A DNA stretch of 64,000 nt from Octopus sinensis (GCF_006345805.1 NC_043000.1:87420001-87484000); one strand, 5' to 3'. Positions 27,420 to 42,893 are shown, counted from the stretch's first letter. The notes: generated by a model not told the origin, from the letters alone. Numbers and translations are program-made.

Positions 27420-27840
27420 TCCATTGTGTCTGTAATAGTATTATTGTTATTTTGTTATTCTGTTTTAACATTTATAATCCTTTTATGTGGAATAGTTTGT
27501 TTTTATGTTAAATAAAATGCTTTCTCTCTATTGAAAAGACCAGAATCGTTTGGTTTGTATTCTGATGAGCATTAATGTGAATTCTGGTGCCTGTTTGTCT
27601 ATAACGTTGTGATTTCTATTCTCTCCTTCTGTTCCCATTTCTAGTCAGTACCTAAATGATTGACAGCTCTTGAACACACCCACTTCGTATTTTATATATT
27701 GGTATTCCTTCTTTAAAACTTCCCTAGCTTTCGCTGGTGAGTGTATCTATGGTTGACTAAGTTTATGTAAACGCCTAATGGTACTAAAAATATATGTAAT
27801 ATGGTGTAATCTGTTATGACGGCATTGAATAAAATTCTAA
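27420..27840 (-). mobile_element. Highly decayed Penelope-like GIY-YIG remnant
   Basis: Fragments IDKQAPEF and LFNREKAF resemble the PLE endonuclease C-terminus seen at 30217-30540; many stops. Confidence 0.3.
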
Positions 27841-27995
27841 CGAAACACTTGTTGCGAGAGTAAACACCAATCATATGCTACTTATTACATATATATTTGG
27901 ATACATCCATCCATCCACCCATCCATCCATCCATCCATCCATCCATCCATCCATCCATCCATCCATCATCCATCCATCCATACATACATACATAC

Positions 27996-28026
<31 letters not shown>

Positions 28027-28157
28027 CAAAAATACTTTGTTGTTGATGCTGAAATTCCAATGAAGGAGCCTTGGACCTAGGTTAGAAACCGTTTCTTTCT
28101 CTATTTGCAAGAAATCCTGAAATAAAACTGAATAATGACATACATACGTACGTACGT

Positions 28158-28212
<55 letters not shown>

Positions 28213-28296
28213 TATTTGGATATATATAAGTATATTCTATTTGGATATATATATAATATATATATATTATATATATATATCTATATATATATATAT

Positions 28297-28329
<33 letters not shown>

Positions 28330-28348
<19 letters not shown>

Positions 28349-28980
28349 CAGAGGTCCGTCAGATACCTTTGAGTAACCACCTAGCAACATGTGGCCGGAA
28401 AATATATATAATATTTCCATTCTACAAATTACACAGCCCAAGTGAAATCGAGAGGAAAATCAGAGAAAAGAATTTTATTGATAAATTCGAACCCAAGCTA
28501 AATAACCAATAATGATAATACTTAGATAGCAGGAAAATTATCTTATTTAGGCTTAAAAGTTCTATTGCCACCACCATCACCACTAGCAACAATAATTAAG
28601 GTGCTGACAATGATGATGATGACAATTGAAATATAAAAATCTCTGACAAAGGCTATTTACAACATTTCTAAAAATAGCCCAACAATTGCTGCTTCGGCCA
28701 TGGTCAAGATACAGGACTCTTGACATGTCCAACAAAGCGTGATGCCTAAACCAATCAGCTCAACCAACCAATCAGCTTAAGTAATTGAGTGATACTACAC
28801 ACTGATTGGTCAGAATACAGTTTGCAAAACCTAGCATCTGGAGTCTACACAGCTGTATTTAAAGCACAGATTCAATCATCTCGCTACAGTCAAAAATTGT
28901 GAAGAATGACTGTCACCACTACTACATGAACCTGAAGATTGCAGAATTTAATGCATGAAAGAACTAGTTCAATCAGAATG
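28330..28980 (+). mobile_element. Penelope-like element 3' end plus pseudo-LTR region
   Basis: RDPEVRQIPLSNHLATC..FPFYKL..REKNFIDKFEPKLN* aligns with the C-terminus of the PLE at 6472; a hammerhead-like motif follows at 28927-28971. Confidence 0.7.
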
Positions 28981-29639
28981 AACATTTAACATTCTATTAT
29001 TTTATTTTATTTTATTATATTATATTATATTATATTATATTATATTATATCATTATAAGATTGTAAATAAAACGTGAAAATCAGACAAGGTTGGATTTCC
29101 TTTTATTAATATATATATAATATATATATATACTATATATATATATATATATAATATATAATATATACCGTGACGTACTTTGGTATCCTTTGGTCTAATG
29201 CTGTTCGTCCATTGGATGTACGTGCTTATTGATCGGACGGTATGATTTTTCTGACCTCTTCATTGGTTGCTCTTTATTTTGTGAACTCGTGTTTGTATTT
29301 TTTATTTTGAAGTTGGAACAGTGTGTTATAAATTTTAGCAGTGTATAGTAAATATTGACAGCGCGTTGCTTATTTTGTTTGTGTGCGCTTATGTGTAAGT
29401 TTCCAATTGAAAGTTTTGAGAAAAGTTATTTACGAATGGATTATTTATAGTATTAATTGCGAATGGGTGCTGAAACGTTTCTACCTTTGGGCAAAAGAAA
29501 AGACAGGAAGACCAGTTAATTATAATTTTATTTAAAATATTCCCCTCTTAGATTGACACATGCATTGTGGCGCCCTTCATTTCTTTTCTAAGCCCTGTAA
29601 AAGAACTCGGAAGGCTATGCCTCCAACCAGGCCTTTTGC

Positions 29640-31047
29640 AACATCCTTAAAACCAGTAACTCCTTAGTACCCATCGTAAAACCATACCCGTTAGCTTTTG
29701 CTTAAATTGTTTTCTGAGTAATTGACATGTTATACTTTTATGGAATTGTGCTTCTCTTGTTTCAGAAAAGATATCTGTGTGTGTTTGTGTGTGTGTATGT
29801 GTGTGTATGTTAGTGTGTGTGTGTGTGTACGTGTGTTTGTGCATGTGTTTTTGGTGTATGTGTGTGTGTGTATGTCTCGTAGATTGTTGTCATCTGACAT
29901 GGTATGCTACTGTGTAAATCTAAGATGCTGTTATTATTTTGCCAGTGTCATAGGACATAAACATAGTTCTAACTAAAGAGTGTGCATATGTGAGAATGAA
30001 TTGCTTAAAGTAAAGACATATCCATGAACTACATCACTGATGAATGGTGCGTTTCACGGCTGAGTAATTAGGGAGACTTTTGTGAGTAAAGAACATGTGT
30101 TCCTTATATAGAATTGATTTCTCTTGTTTTGGAAGAGAAATTTGTGTATGAATACGTTTGTTCCAATTTTTATTTCTTTATAATTTTTTCTTTTGCATCT
30201 ATGAGAGGAGATATTTGTGTGGTCATGTAGCTATATCGGCGTCACTGGTGGAACTTTTAATGACAATTACAATCAACATACAAAATCATTTCGGACCATA
30301 TACAGAAGGAATACAGCATCTCTGTTCAAACGCCTCTTGGAGTTAAAAGAAAAGAATACCAATGCAAAAATAGAATGGGAAATTATGGACTGCGCACCAT
30401 CATATATAAACGACTCTGGTATCTGCCTCCTCTGTATCATGGAGAAATACTACACAATTACACGAAATATACACATTCTAAATAAGATAAGTGAGATCAT
30501 ATCACGATACAGACACGTAAATAGATTCATTTTCAAAACTTCTCCGAACTCCAAACATGATAAATACAAATCCCAAAAACCTACGACCATATCCACAGAT
30601 ATAAACCTTACACGCACACATACCCGTATTCATGCACACATACCCGTATACGTAATAACATACATACATAATAATATACATACGCAAATCCTAAAAAAGA
30701 TAAACGTTACTTACCCACTTGATATCTTACATATAATATACTCACACACACACAGACACATAAACACACACATACACACACATACACACACACACACACA
30801 TAAACAGACACATACTCACACACAAATATTTCCTCAAAACAAGAAAACAAATCTTCCAACCTACTAAAAACAAAATTCCACTACAGTTAAATCATACACA
30901 CACACACACACACACACGTACTACAAACATAATTACGGCTGTTTAATCAGCATCAAATGACACAAAGCACAGAAACCACTCGACGATAAATGGTTTCTGT
31001 GCTTTGTGTCATTTGATGCTGATTAAACATCCGTCATTATGTTTGTA

Positions 31048-31106
<59 letters not shown>

Positions 31107-31459
31107 ATTTAACTGTAGTGGAATTTTGTTTTTAGTAGGTTGGAAGATTTGTTTTCTTGTTTTGAGGAAATATTTGTGTGTGAGTATGTGTCTGTTTATG
31201 TGTATGTGTGTGTGTGACCATTCTTTAAAGGCATATCCGTCCAATGTAGATACGATCTTGTTCTCTCGGCTAACACGAATTATGGACAATCATAAACAAG
31301 TTCCCATATATACACACATTTATGTTGCTATTGATATATTATTTATGAAATATTACCGCTGGCAAAATAACAATGCCATCCTAGTTTTAGATAATAATAT
31401 ACCAATGTCACCTTATTCTTCGAATAGATTATCTAAAAGACAAAAATCTAAAGAAATAC

Positions 31460-31507
<48 letters not shown>

Positions 31508-32060
31508 ACACACACTGCCTCACGCACAAATATCTTTCCCAAACAAAAGAAACAAAATTCGTAAAATGAACGATATCTTACAAAATGATCCTCAAACATC
31601 ACTAAGCCGCTGAATTACTGTTTATCAAGTATATAGCTAATACATATAGTCTTAATTACCTCTTAAAATAACACATGCTTTAGGAACTTTTATCAAAGAA
31701 CCAATAAAGAACCTTTCTCAAAACGTTTATTTAAAGCCTAACACACAAGCATACACACACATATATGAAAGGAAAAAGCCGCTCAACACCAATTCATCAA
31801 TAAATTCTAAATAAACTTATCTATACCAAGCTACCTACAATTTCAAGAAATACAAACACCAAATTACAAAAAGAAGACAAACAACCAACGAAGAGGAGAG
31901 ATAAAAATACAATCCAATCAATAAACAGGAAAAGCATACCAATGAAGAAATAGACGCACCAGTATTGACTTTTACCAGTTCTTGCCTGAAGATCGCAGTG
32001 ATGTGAAACTCAAGTTGCTAGACTAACTCTCAGTTTCAGTTTTGAAAAACCATATCCTCT
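29640..32060 (+). mobile_element. Rearranged Penelope-like element (GIY-YIG plus repeated or inverted 3' segments)
   Basis: YIGVTGGTF..YNQHTKSF..IEWEIMDCAPSY..CLLCIMEKY..LNKISEIISRYRH at 30217-30540. A sub-repeat CACAAATAT..AAACAAGA.AAC recurs in both orientations (~29745-, 30105-, 30820+, 31130-, 31520+). Hammerhead-like remnant at 31981. Confidence 0.7.
30795..31205. repeat. Fold-back inversion, ~185-215 bp arms, 12-nt spacer
   Basis: Arms meet at AGAAACCA-CTCGACGATAAA-TGGTTTCT (30971-30998); about three substitutions plus a (CA)n length difference. Confidence 0.92.
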
Positions 32061-32424
32061 GCAATATGTCCGACGCAAACCGAAGTACGAATTATATATG
32101 TATATATGCAAATATATAGTTTATGTTGTGTATGTATAACTATCCACATATGCAAACAAATATATCTATACACTAACAGATGTGTGACATAGAGATATTC
32201 AGAGATACACCAGTACTACACACATATACGACACATACATGCATATATGTATATATGTATGTTTGTATATTCATATATACACATGCATATATATACCAAG
32301 GAGGTTGTATATATGAAACAGAAACTAAACGCTTCTCAAATGAATTAGCATGTAGGTGGCCTAGTATTCCACATACAAGTGACGGAATTCTTACGCAGAA
32401 TTAGTCTTGCACTATATGATAAGG

Positions 32425-32625
32425 TGGAGTTTCGATTCCTGGACCGGGCGACGCGTTGTGTTCTTAAGCAAAGCACTTCATTTCACGTTGCTCCAGTACA
32501 CTCAGCTGGCAAAAATGAGTAACGCTGCGATGGACTGGCGTCCTGTCCAGCTGAGGAACATATACGCCATAGAAACCGGGAAACCGGGCCCATGAGTCTG
32601 GCTAAGCTTTAAAAGGGCGCATTTA
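32425..32625 (+). mobile_element. SINE related to family C (related fragments at 22170-22455 - and possibly 54177-54292 -)
   Basis: GTTTCGATTCC B box; CTGCGATGGACTGGCGTCCTGTCCAG and GAAACCGGG shared with 18256-18537. Confidence 0.7.
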
Positions 32626-33364
32626 TTTTTATTTATATGATAAGATCGAACACTTAAATATCAGTTACGACAGGTTTCCACACAGGTTACATCAATCTAA
32701 TTACACTCAAAAAGCTTGGGAAAAGGTTATGGTACAAAACACGGTCAAGAGGTTAGGCTGTGTGATCGAACCCAGGATCTTACAATCGTAAAGTGAGCAT
32801 TTAAACCAATCGACAACAGCATCTAACACCCTAACATACAAGCGAACTTGACAGTTTGATACACAACAATACATACTTAGCATAGATGTTCAGTCAAGTA
32901 TTCATAAATACATGTATTAAACACAATGTAGACATACACATAAATACATACACACACAAAAACACACAACACACACACACATAGACACACACACACACAC
33001 ATGATGACACACACATGTACATGCTCTCCTCACACGTGCAGGCATGTTCACAGAAATAGTAACAGACTTAAGCACTAAGCATTAAAAATGCAAGCAATAA
33101 TGACACACGCAAAATAGCATTTATACACTTGCACTGAAGGGAAAGTAATCAATACGTATAGACATCTAGACTTCATTTTATATATACACGAGCACAAAAA
33201 CATACATGCCCCAAAGATTGCATACGCCAAAAACGAATAAAAGAAAATAAATCAATGCCGCGCATTTATACAGTTATGGCTAGAATATTTGCGTGTGTAT
33301 AAGAATTACATATACCGCACATTCAAAAGCACGTACATACGTACATATACACACACACGTATAT

Positions 33365-33432
<68 letters not shown>

Positions 33433-33644
33433 ATAATATAATATATATATATAAATAGATAGATAGGTAGATAGATATATAGATAAGCACACGCGCGCGC
33501 ATACACATATACGTACGTATATATATAGAATGAGAGGAAGCTATACATAGGTTTATATTATCCACACACATACACACAAGCACACTGATATTAATATGCA
33601 TAAGTATATTTACATACGCATATAGAAAGGAATATATATATGTA

Positions 33645-36197
<2,553 letters not shown>

Positions 36198-36751
36198 GTA
36201 TACGCATGTATGTATATATTATATATATACACACACACACATATATATATATATTTATATATGTATATGTGTACGTTTGTATATATATGTGTATGTGTAT
36301 ATATATATATATATATTGATAGATATACAGATAGATAGATAGATGCGTATGCGTGCGTTTATGTGTGCGTGTGTGTATACACACACACACATTTAAATGA
36401 AACCAAGCCTGTCATCTCACTAATGTATTCTCCTCAAATTAGGGGCATTTTAAAAATTATTAAATGTACAAAACATTGCTCTACCCCTAATGCATCAGTA
36501 TTACGAATGAGAGATGGAGTGCTGTAGGAAGCTGAATAATTGTTAATAATAATAAAATAATAAAAACAAGCCGAAATATCGCCGTCTATTTCGTCACAAT
36601 TAAGAAGAATTACCTACGTAGATCCGCTGCTGTGCCCAGCGGTCACATCGTCTCATTATACCCCGTTCCCCACCATACATAACCGACACGTGACACTATT
36701 TCATGACTGTGTTATTTCTACATTTTAACATTTACTTGTTGCAGTTATTGG

Positions 36752-37087
36752 GCAGTAGCTATGCTGTGACATAGCCCTGAAAGGTTTAGTCGAACAAAGT
36801 AACCCACGTGCTTATTTGTAAGTCTGGCACTTATTTTATCGGATTCTTTTGCTAAATTACGGGGATATAAGCAAAACAACATCGGTTGTCAAGCGGTGAT
36901 GAAGGACAAACACAAAACCGCACACACGTATACGACGGGCTTCTTTTAAGTTTTCGTCTCCCATATCCACTGAGAAAGATTTGGTCGGCCTTGAGCTATA
37001 GAAGATACTCGTCCAAGCTGCTGCGCAGTAGGACCGAATACAAGATCACTTAGTTGGAAAGTAAGCTTCTTTACCACCCAGCTACGC
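36752..37087 (-). mobile_element. SINE family A, decayed copy
   Basis: TTTAGTCGAAC..ATCGGTTGTCAAGCG..ATCCAC..TTGGTCGGCC blocks. Confidence 0.65.
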
Positions 37088-38304
37088 CTACACCAATAGA
37101 AATCTTTTTTAATTATCTAAATGAAAATTCTATTCCAAGTTATGAAAAGAATGTTAAACTTTCATCCGCCTGTCAGCTATTTGCATGTGCGGCTGACAAT
37201 AAAACCATAGCAGTTATGCAACACCGTGACAGGCGGTGGCAATAGCATAAAATATCATAGTCATAAATAAAAGTCTTACTTCCTGTTTGGGTATTCTCTT
37301 GACCAAAAGATGAACAACTATGCAGATGGTATGGAAAAGGATAAAATTGAAATACTGTACTCGTATAACGCAGTTTATGCCTGATAAATTTATGGTTTCA
37401 TACTTTATTCCACTATACCGTCTATTATTGTATCTACGTGCACAGACTCGTACATTTCCCCTTCAAGACCACCTTATAATATCTTACAATAAGTGTTTGC
37501 GGACATTATAAATTTGGATTTGTACGCCGGCAAAGACGGCAGTTAAGGAAAACTAATAAAATAGTTTCGTTAATTATTTCAGTTGTAGAAGTAATTCGCA
37601 AGCAGCTATAGACACGCTGTCAGCCCAACCATTTATGATCCAGAGAAACATCGCGGATGTGGCAGCTGGCCAGTATTAACATTTCAGCAGAAGTAGAGTA
37701 GAGGTAAGTTGAGGCAGGTTGAGACAAAGTATCTTACTCAAAAGAACAACGCGCCATCCGGTCCATGAATCAAACTCACTACTAGCCCATATTGTCATCT
37801 CGTACATATACAGACATACCAATACGTGTAATTATGTGAACATATATAGATATGATTATGCATGTATATATCTATTTATGTACATGTTGCAGCCAATTTG
37901 TTTACCATGCAGGCTGTGAAACGCCGCTGTCTCTCTTTTCCCTGAAGAAGAACACTTTCCGAAGCGTTGAATTTTCCACTCCTCGCAGCAAGATTACTGT
38001 ACGCTTCTTATCGATTTTGCTACATAATATAATTCATGGATACGCAGACCAGCACCAGCCTTTTTGGAGTCTGATCATATGAGTATATATAAATTTTTTT
38101 GCTTCTTGAAAATGTAAAGGTCACCTTGGAGTCAGCCTGAATGACCAATTGTGTTTTGTGTTTTGTTTTTCTTTCTAATCATACTTGTCTTATGGTTTTT
38201 ATTTTATGTTTATCATTATCAGTGTAAAACATTATTTGATTCACTTGCTTATTTTTATATTTCCTTTTATATTTTTGATTCATTGTAAGTCTCTTTATTA
38301 CTTA

Positions 38305-38426
38305 CTAGCAGTATAACCCGGCCTTGCCCGGAATTAAGTTACGATTATTAAGCTAATCAAGTTCTTTATTTCAAACCAAACTAAGTATTATAGATGTTAA
38401 ATTTGGGCGAAATCCGTTGAAATTAG

Positions 38427-38430
<4 letters not shown>
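38305..38430 (-). mobile_element. Helitron 3' end fragment
   Basis: Minus strand reads CCGGGCAAGGCCGGG hairpin then ..CTGCTAG|T, the same terminus pattern as 8604-8993. Confidence 0.6.
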
Positions 38431-38463
<33 letters not shown>

Positions 38464-38479
38464 CAGCAAAACAATTAAG

Positions 38480-38533
38480 ATTCAAATGAATTCAAATGAA
38501 TTCAAATGAATTCAAATGAATTCAAATGAATAT
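38480..38533 (+). repeat. 10-bp minisatellite (AATTCAAATG)n, ~5 units
   Basis: Directly visible tandem array. Confidence 0.9.
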
Positions 38534-38600
38534 GGTACTTAACTTAGATGCCCCAGAATTCTTTATGGTATTAACCATAGAAATATGTGGGGTGATTATA

Positions 38601-39303
38601 ACCAAGAAAAAAGTAACAAGAATGGATCAGTAATTCGGTACAATAACTACTGATAACCTTTGACCCCTTTAATGCTTTCCTTTGATCTCTGTGTTCTTTA
38701 CCCCACCATTAACTCTGTGAGGCTCCAAGTTCAGAGCCGGTGGTCAAACTTACCGTTCTTTTATAAATTCAAGATTCCTTCAACATTGACCTAGATTTTC
38801 TGTCACCACAGAAACATACTAATCTTTGTCTGTGACACCCTTATTCCCTCTTACTCCCCCACTTCTTTCCTCCCATAATGTCCTTTACTTGGCTTTACCT
38901 ACCTCCCTATATTCCTTACTACTACTAAATTATGTCTGCAACAGTTAGATGTGAACTGAACTAGTGTGTTAACAACACCTTTCCTCATGTTTCCTGGAAT
39001 TTATATCAACACCTTTATGGTTGGATTTACCTTCTCTGAGAATTTAATAATCTTTTTAAAATTTTTTTTAAAACTGTGCATTGTTGGAAAACATATCAAG
39101 TCTGCTTATTACCTTACTTCAAATTCATAGAACTCACTCTGAATGCTTTATAAGGATATTTACACTTTCTAGGATGGTTGGAAAACATATATGTGATTTG
39201 GCTGATGAATACTTGACATTATATTTGCAGCTTTAAATAAAAATGTTCTTAGTATGAACAATTGTACCGAATTACTGATCCATTCTTGTTACTTTTTTCT
39301 TGG

Positions 39304-39304
<1 letters not shown>
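38601..39304. mobile_element. Non-autonomous TIR element (704 bp) with perfect 44-bp TIRs, TA-flanked
   Basis: ACCAAGAAAAAAGTAACAAGAATGGATCAGTAATTCGGTACAAT at 38601-38644 is the exact reverse complement of 39261-39304; TA on both sides. Confidence 0.8.
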
Positions 39305-39381
<77 letters not shown>

Positions 39382-39557
39382 AATATATAATATATAAATT
39401 ATATATTATATTATATTATATAGTATATTATATAACAATTACAATATATTTATATTTAAAATAAACATATTGTAATTGTTGTGTGAGAAAGATATATACT
39501 ATGATTATAAAATATAGTGTCTTTCAAAAGCAAAAAAAACAATCATTTACATTTTAT

Positions 39558-39812
39558 TTTATGAACGTCATAACTTACTCTCTCTCTCCCTCTCTCACTT
39601 TGTCTTTCCCGTGAAACTCTCTGCCTCCTTCTTCTACTTTTCTTTATCTTTTTTTTTGTTAGATACTGGCAAAAAAGCTAAGGCTGTTTATGAACGTCAT
39701 TCAATCTCTGTTTCTCCCTCTCTCACTTTGTCTTTCCCGTGAAACTCTCTGCCGCCTTCCACTTTTCTTTATCTTATATTTTTTGTTAGACGCTGGCAAA
39801 ACAGCTAAGGCT
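39558..39812 (+). repeat. Tandem duplication, ~125-bp unit
   Basis: TTTATGAACGTCAT..CTCTCACTTTGTCTTTCCCGTGAAACTCTCTG..CTGGCAAAA.AGCTAAGGCT occurs twice. Confidence 0.85.
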
Positions 39813-40078
39813 AATATTTTTTGAGGCTAAAAGCTATGTCTGAAAATGGATATTTACGCTACCCACGGGTGCCTCGGAGTAAAAATAAGTTGACAAAACC
39901 CAGATAGGATGTTGACAAATGTCCTCCTAAAATTTGAGTGACATGCGTGCTAATCACGTACACACACGCACACACATTCTCCCTTTTATAGATATGATAT
40001 CAAAAATGTTCTTCATTACGAGGAGCGAAATACAACTACTGAAATGTATTCTAATCAAAATAAGCGAAACGTGGTACT

Positions 40079-40492
40079 TTTTACTTGTTTCAGTGGTTAG
40101 AATGTGGCCATGCTGGGGCACCGCCTTCAAGAACTAGTCCCTTGCATCGATCCCAGTACATATTTTATTTTTATAAACCTGCTACTTATTCTATCGGTTC
40201 TTTTGCCGAAACGCTAGGTTACGGGTACATTAAATACACCAGCACCGGTTATCAAGCGGTGTGTGTGCGTGTGTGTGTGCGTGTGTGTGTGTGTGGGACA
40301 AACATAAACACAAAGACACAAACATAGATATATATACATATATACGACAGGAATCTTTCAGTTTCCGTTTACGAAATCCACTCATGAGGCTTTGGTCGGC
40401 CTGAGTCTATAGTAGAAAACACTTGCCCAAGGTGCCAAGCAGTGGGACTGAACCTTGAACCAAATGGTTGGGAAGCAAGCTTCTTACCATGT
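40079..40492 (-). mobile_element. SINE family A copy
   Basis: GGCCATGCTGGGGCACCGCC..CCAAGGTGCC..GGGACTGAACC. Confidence 0.8.
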
Positions 40493-41284
40493 GCATATGT
40501 ATGTATACATGTGTATGTACGTGTACATGCATTTATGTACCTATTTATCGCTCTCTATCTACACACACACAAACACATACACACTCACACACAACACACA
40601 ACGCACAAACACAAACACACACACACGCACACACTCGTCACTTCTTACTTGCTGAGTCAAATCGCTGGTCCATTGCACACTTTCATTATGTGCTTTGCTC
40701 GCCTCCGTAAACGTCAACGCATTGTTTTCACGCATTTCAAAATCGACCTTGGAGCAACCGTACAAATTGCTTGAGATTTGGAAAGTCATGGCGGAAAAAT
40801 AAGTGCTATGCAGTTACTGAATAACCTTCAAATTATAACGTTGAACCACTTCAATTCCTCCTTCCTCTAGTACTTTACTTATGTGGTGTCTTTCCGTTGA
40901 AGGTTTATTTAGGGAAGTTTACTAATGATATTTTTGTACAGACCGTGAACACGGAAACTCAACGACTTCTAGTTTTCATCTATTTTTCTATACACATGTG
41001 TGCGCGTGTTTCTAATACATATATACTGGATGTTATTTACACCTTATAGAAACCATATACTATAAAAAAAAACTTATTCTGAAAATCAATAAAGTACAAT
41101 AAATAGTAAATAGTACTAAAAAGACTACGTGCGCTTCGTGGCTATATTTTCAAATAGATAATAATAAAATCAATTCGATTTAAAATTTAATCGAACTAAA
41201 ATTAATTCTATTTAAAAATATAGTCACTCATCAGGACTAAGATAATGAATTATACACACACACACACACATATATATATATAAA

Positions 41285-41910
41285 TGTATGTATTTGTGGG
41301 TTTGTATTTGCCCCCCCCCCCGCCCTCGCTTGATAGCCGATGTTGGTGTGTTTATGGCTCTGTAACATGGTGGTTGTGAAAAAAGAACGAAGGAATAAGT
41401 ATTAGGCTTACAAAGAATAAGTTCTGTGGTCGATTTGTACGACTAAAGGTGGCACTCCAGAATGGCTGCAGTCAAATCACTGAAACAAGTAAGAGATTAA
41501 TATATATATATATATATATAGGCGCAGGAGTGGCTGTGTGGTAAGTAGCTTGCTAACCAACCACATGATTCCGGGTTCAGTGTCTTCTGCTATAGGCTCG
41601 GGCCGACCAAAGCCTTGTGAGTGGATTTGGTAGACGGAAACTGAAAGAAACCTGTCATATATGTATATATATATGTGTATGTGTGTGTATATGTTTGTGT
41701 GTCTGTGTTTGTCCCTCTAGCATTGCTTGACAACCGATGGTGGTGTGTTTACGTCCCTGTCACTTAGTGGTTCGGCAAAAGAGACCGATAGAATAAGTAC
41801 TGGGCTTACAAAAAATAAGTCCCGGGGTCAATTTGCTCGACTAAAGGCGGTGCTCCAGCATGGCCGCAGTCAAATGACTGAAACAAGTAAAAGAGTAAAG
41901 AGTAAAGAGA
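41285..41910 (+). mobile_element. Two tandem SINE family A copies (3' half at 41285-41497; near full length at 41521-41910)
   Basis: Head GGCGCAGGAGTGGCTGTGTGG directly after (TA)n at 41521; a short internal deletion after the B box. Confidence 0.85.
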
Positions 41911-42498
41911 GTAAATTAATATATATATAATTTAATATATATATATATATTATATATGTATTATATATATAATAGTAGTAACAGAAAAGAGGAATTTCGG
42001 TTGTCTCCACGTGGTGGATTGTAATGTATATAAGAAATTTAAAAAGGAAAATACGCACACTTACATGGTTATAATATAATTTTTAACGTATCTACCGGTT
42101 TCCCAATCGCTATTCATGATATAATATTTAATTTATATGAATATATAATTTTTCTTAAGAAGAAATTTGGTCCAGGTTGTTTGTAATGAAATTCACGAGT
42201 GACAAGTAAAGGGAGGTAATTGGTTGTTATTATTGTTATTGTAAGGGAGACAAACAAATAAGAAAGAGAAAGCAAAGGACCACTGATGCGGTTACAGGAG
42301 TGTGACGAAAGAACTCTGGTCGAAATAAGATTAAAAATTAATGCAAAAAAAAATAAACGGAAGCAAAGTAACACCAAATATATAGTGCGCGTGTTTTTAT
42401 GGCTAAACTGGCAAATGACCATTCCTAAATACAACAATATAATAATATATATAATATATATATACTTTATTAAAGCGGCAAAAATATTACAAAAAAAA

Positions 42499-42540
42499 AA
42501 CTGTTATTCAGAGTTTCCCGTTCCCGTTTGTCGGACAGTT
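42499..42540 (-). ncRNA. Hammerhead-like motif (CCGA core variant), decayed; inverted partner at 42546-42581 (+)
   Basis: Minus strand: AACTGT/CCGACAA/ACG-GGAA-CGG/GAAA/CTC-T-GAA/TA/ACAGTT. Plus copy: CCGACGA/ACG-AGAA-CTT/GAAA/CTC-T-GAG/TA/ACAGTT. Confidence 0.55.
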
Positions 42541-42667
42541 CCCATCCGACGAACGAGAACTTGAAACTCTGAGTAACAGTTTTGGTGATATTTTTGCTAC
42601 TCCTTAATAAAGCATACTACTCTACCTCTGGTATCCGAGTACTATTTTTTCACCTTGTTTCGCCTTT

Positions 42668-42859
42668 ATGTCACCGTAACGTAGCGGTTCGGCGAAAGAA
42701 TCAGATAGGATAAGTACTAGGATTACAAAGAATAAGACCCGGGGTCGATTTCTTCGACTAAAGCCCTTTAAGGTAGTGCTCCAGCGCTATCAAATGACTG
42801 AAGCAAGTAAAAGAATGAAAGAATGTATGCATATTGATACATACATACCTACATACACT

Positions 42860-42893
<34 letters not shown>

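Noticed and set aside
30037-30060. CTGATGA followed by GTTTC as a hammerhead
   Set aside because: The motif order and strand are inconsistent with a hammerhead; no GAAA follows a stem II.
38480-38533. CRISPR-like short direct repeats
   Set aside because: Contiguous 10-bp units without spacers in a eukaryotic context; a minisatellite.
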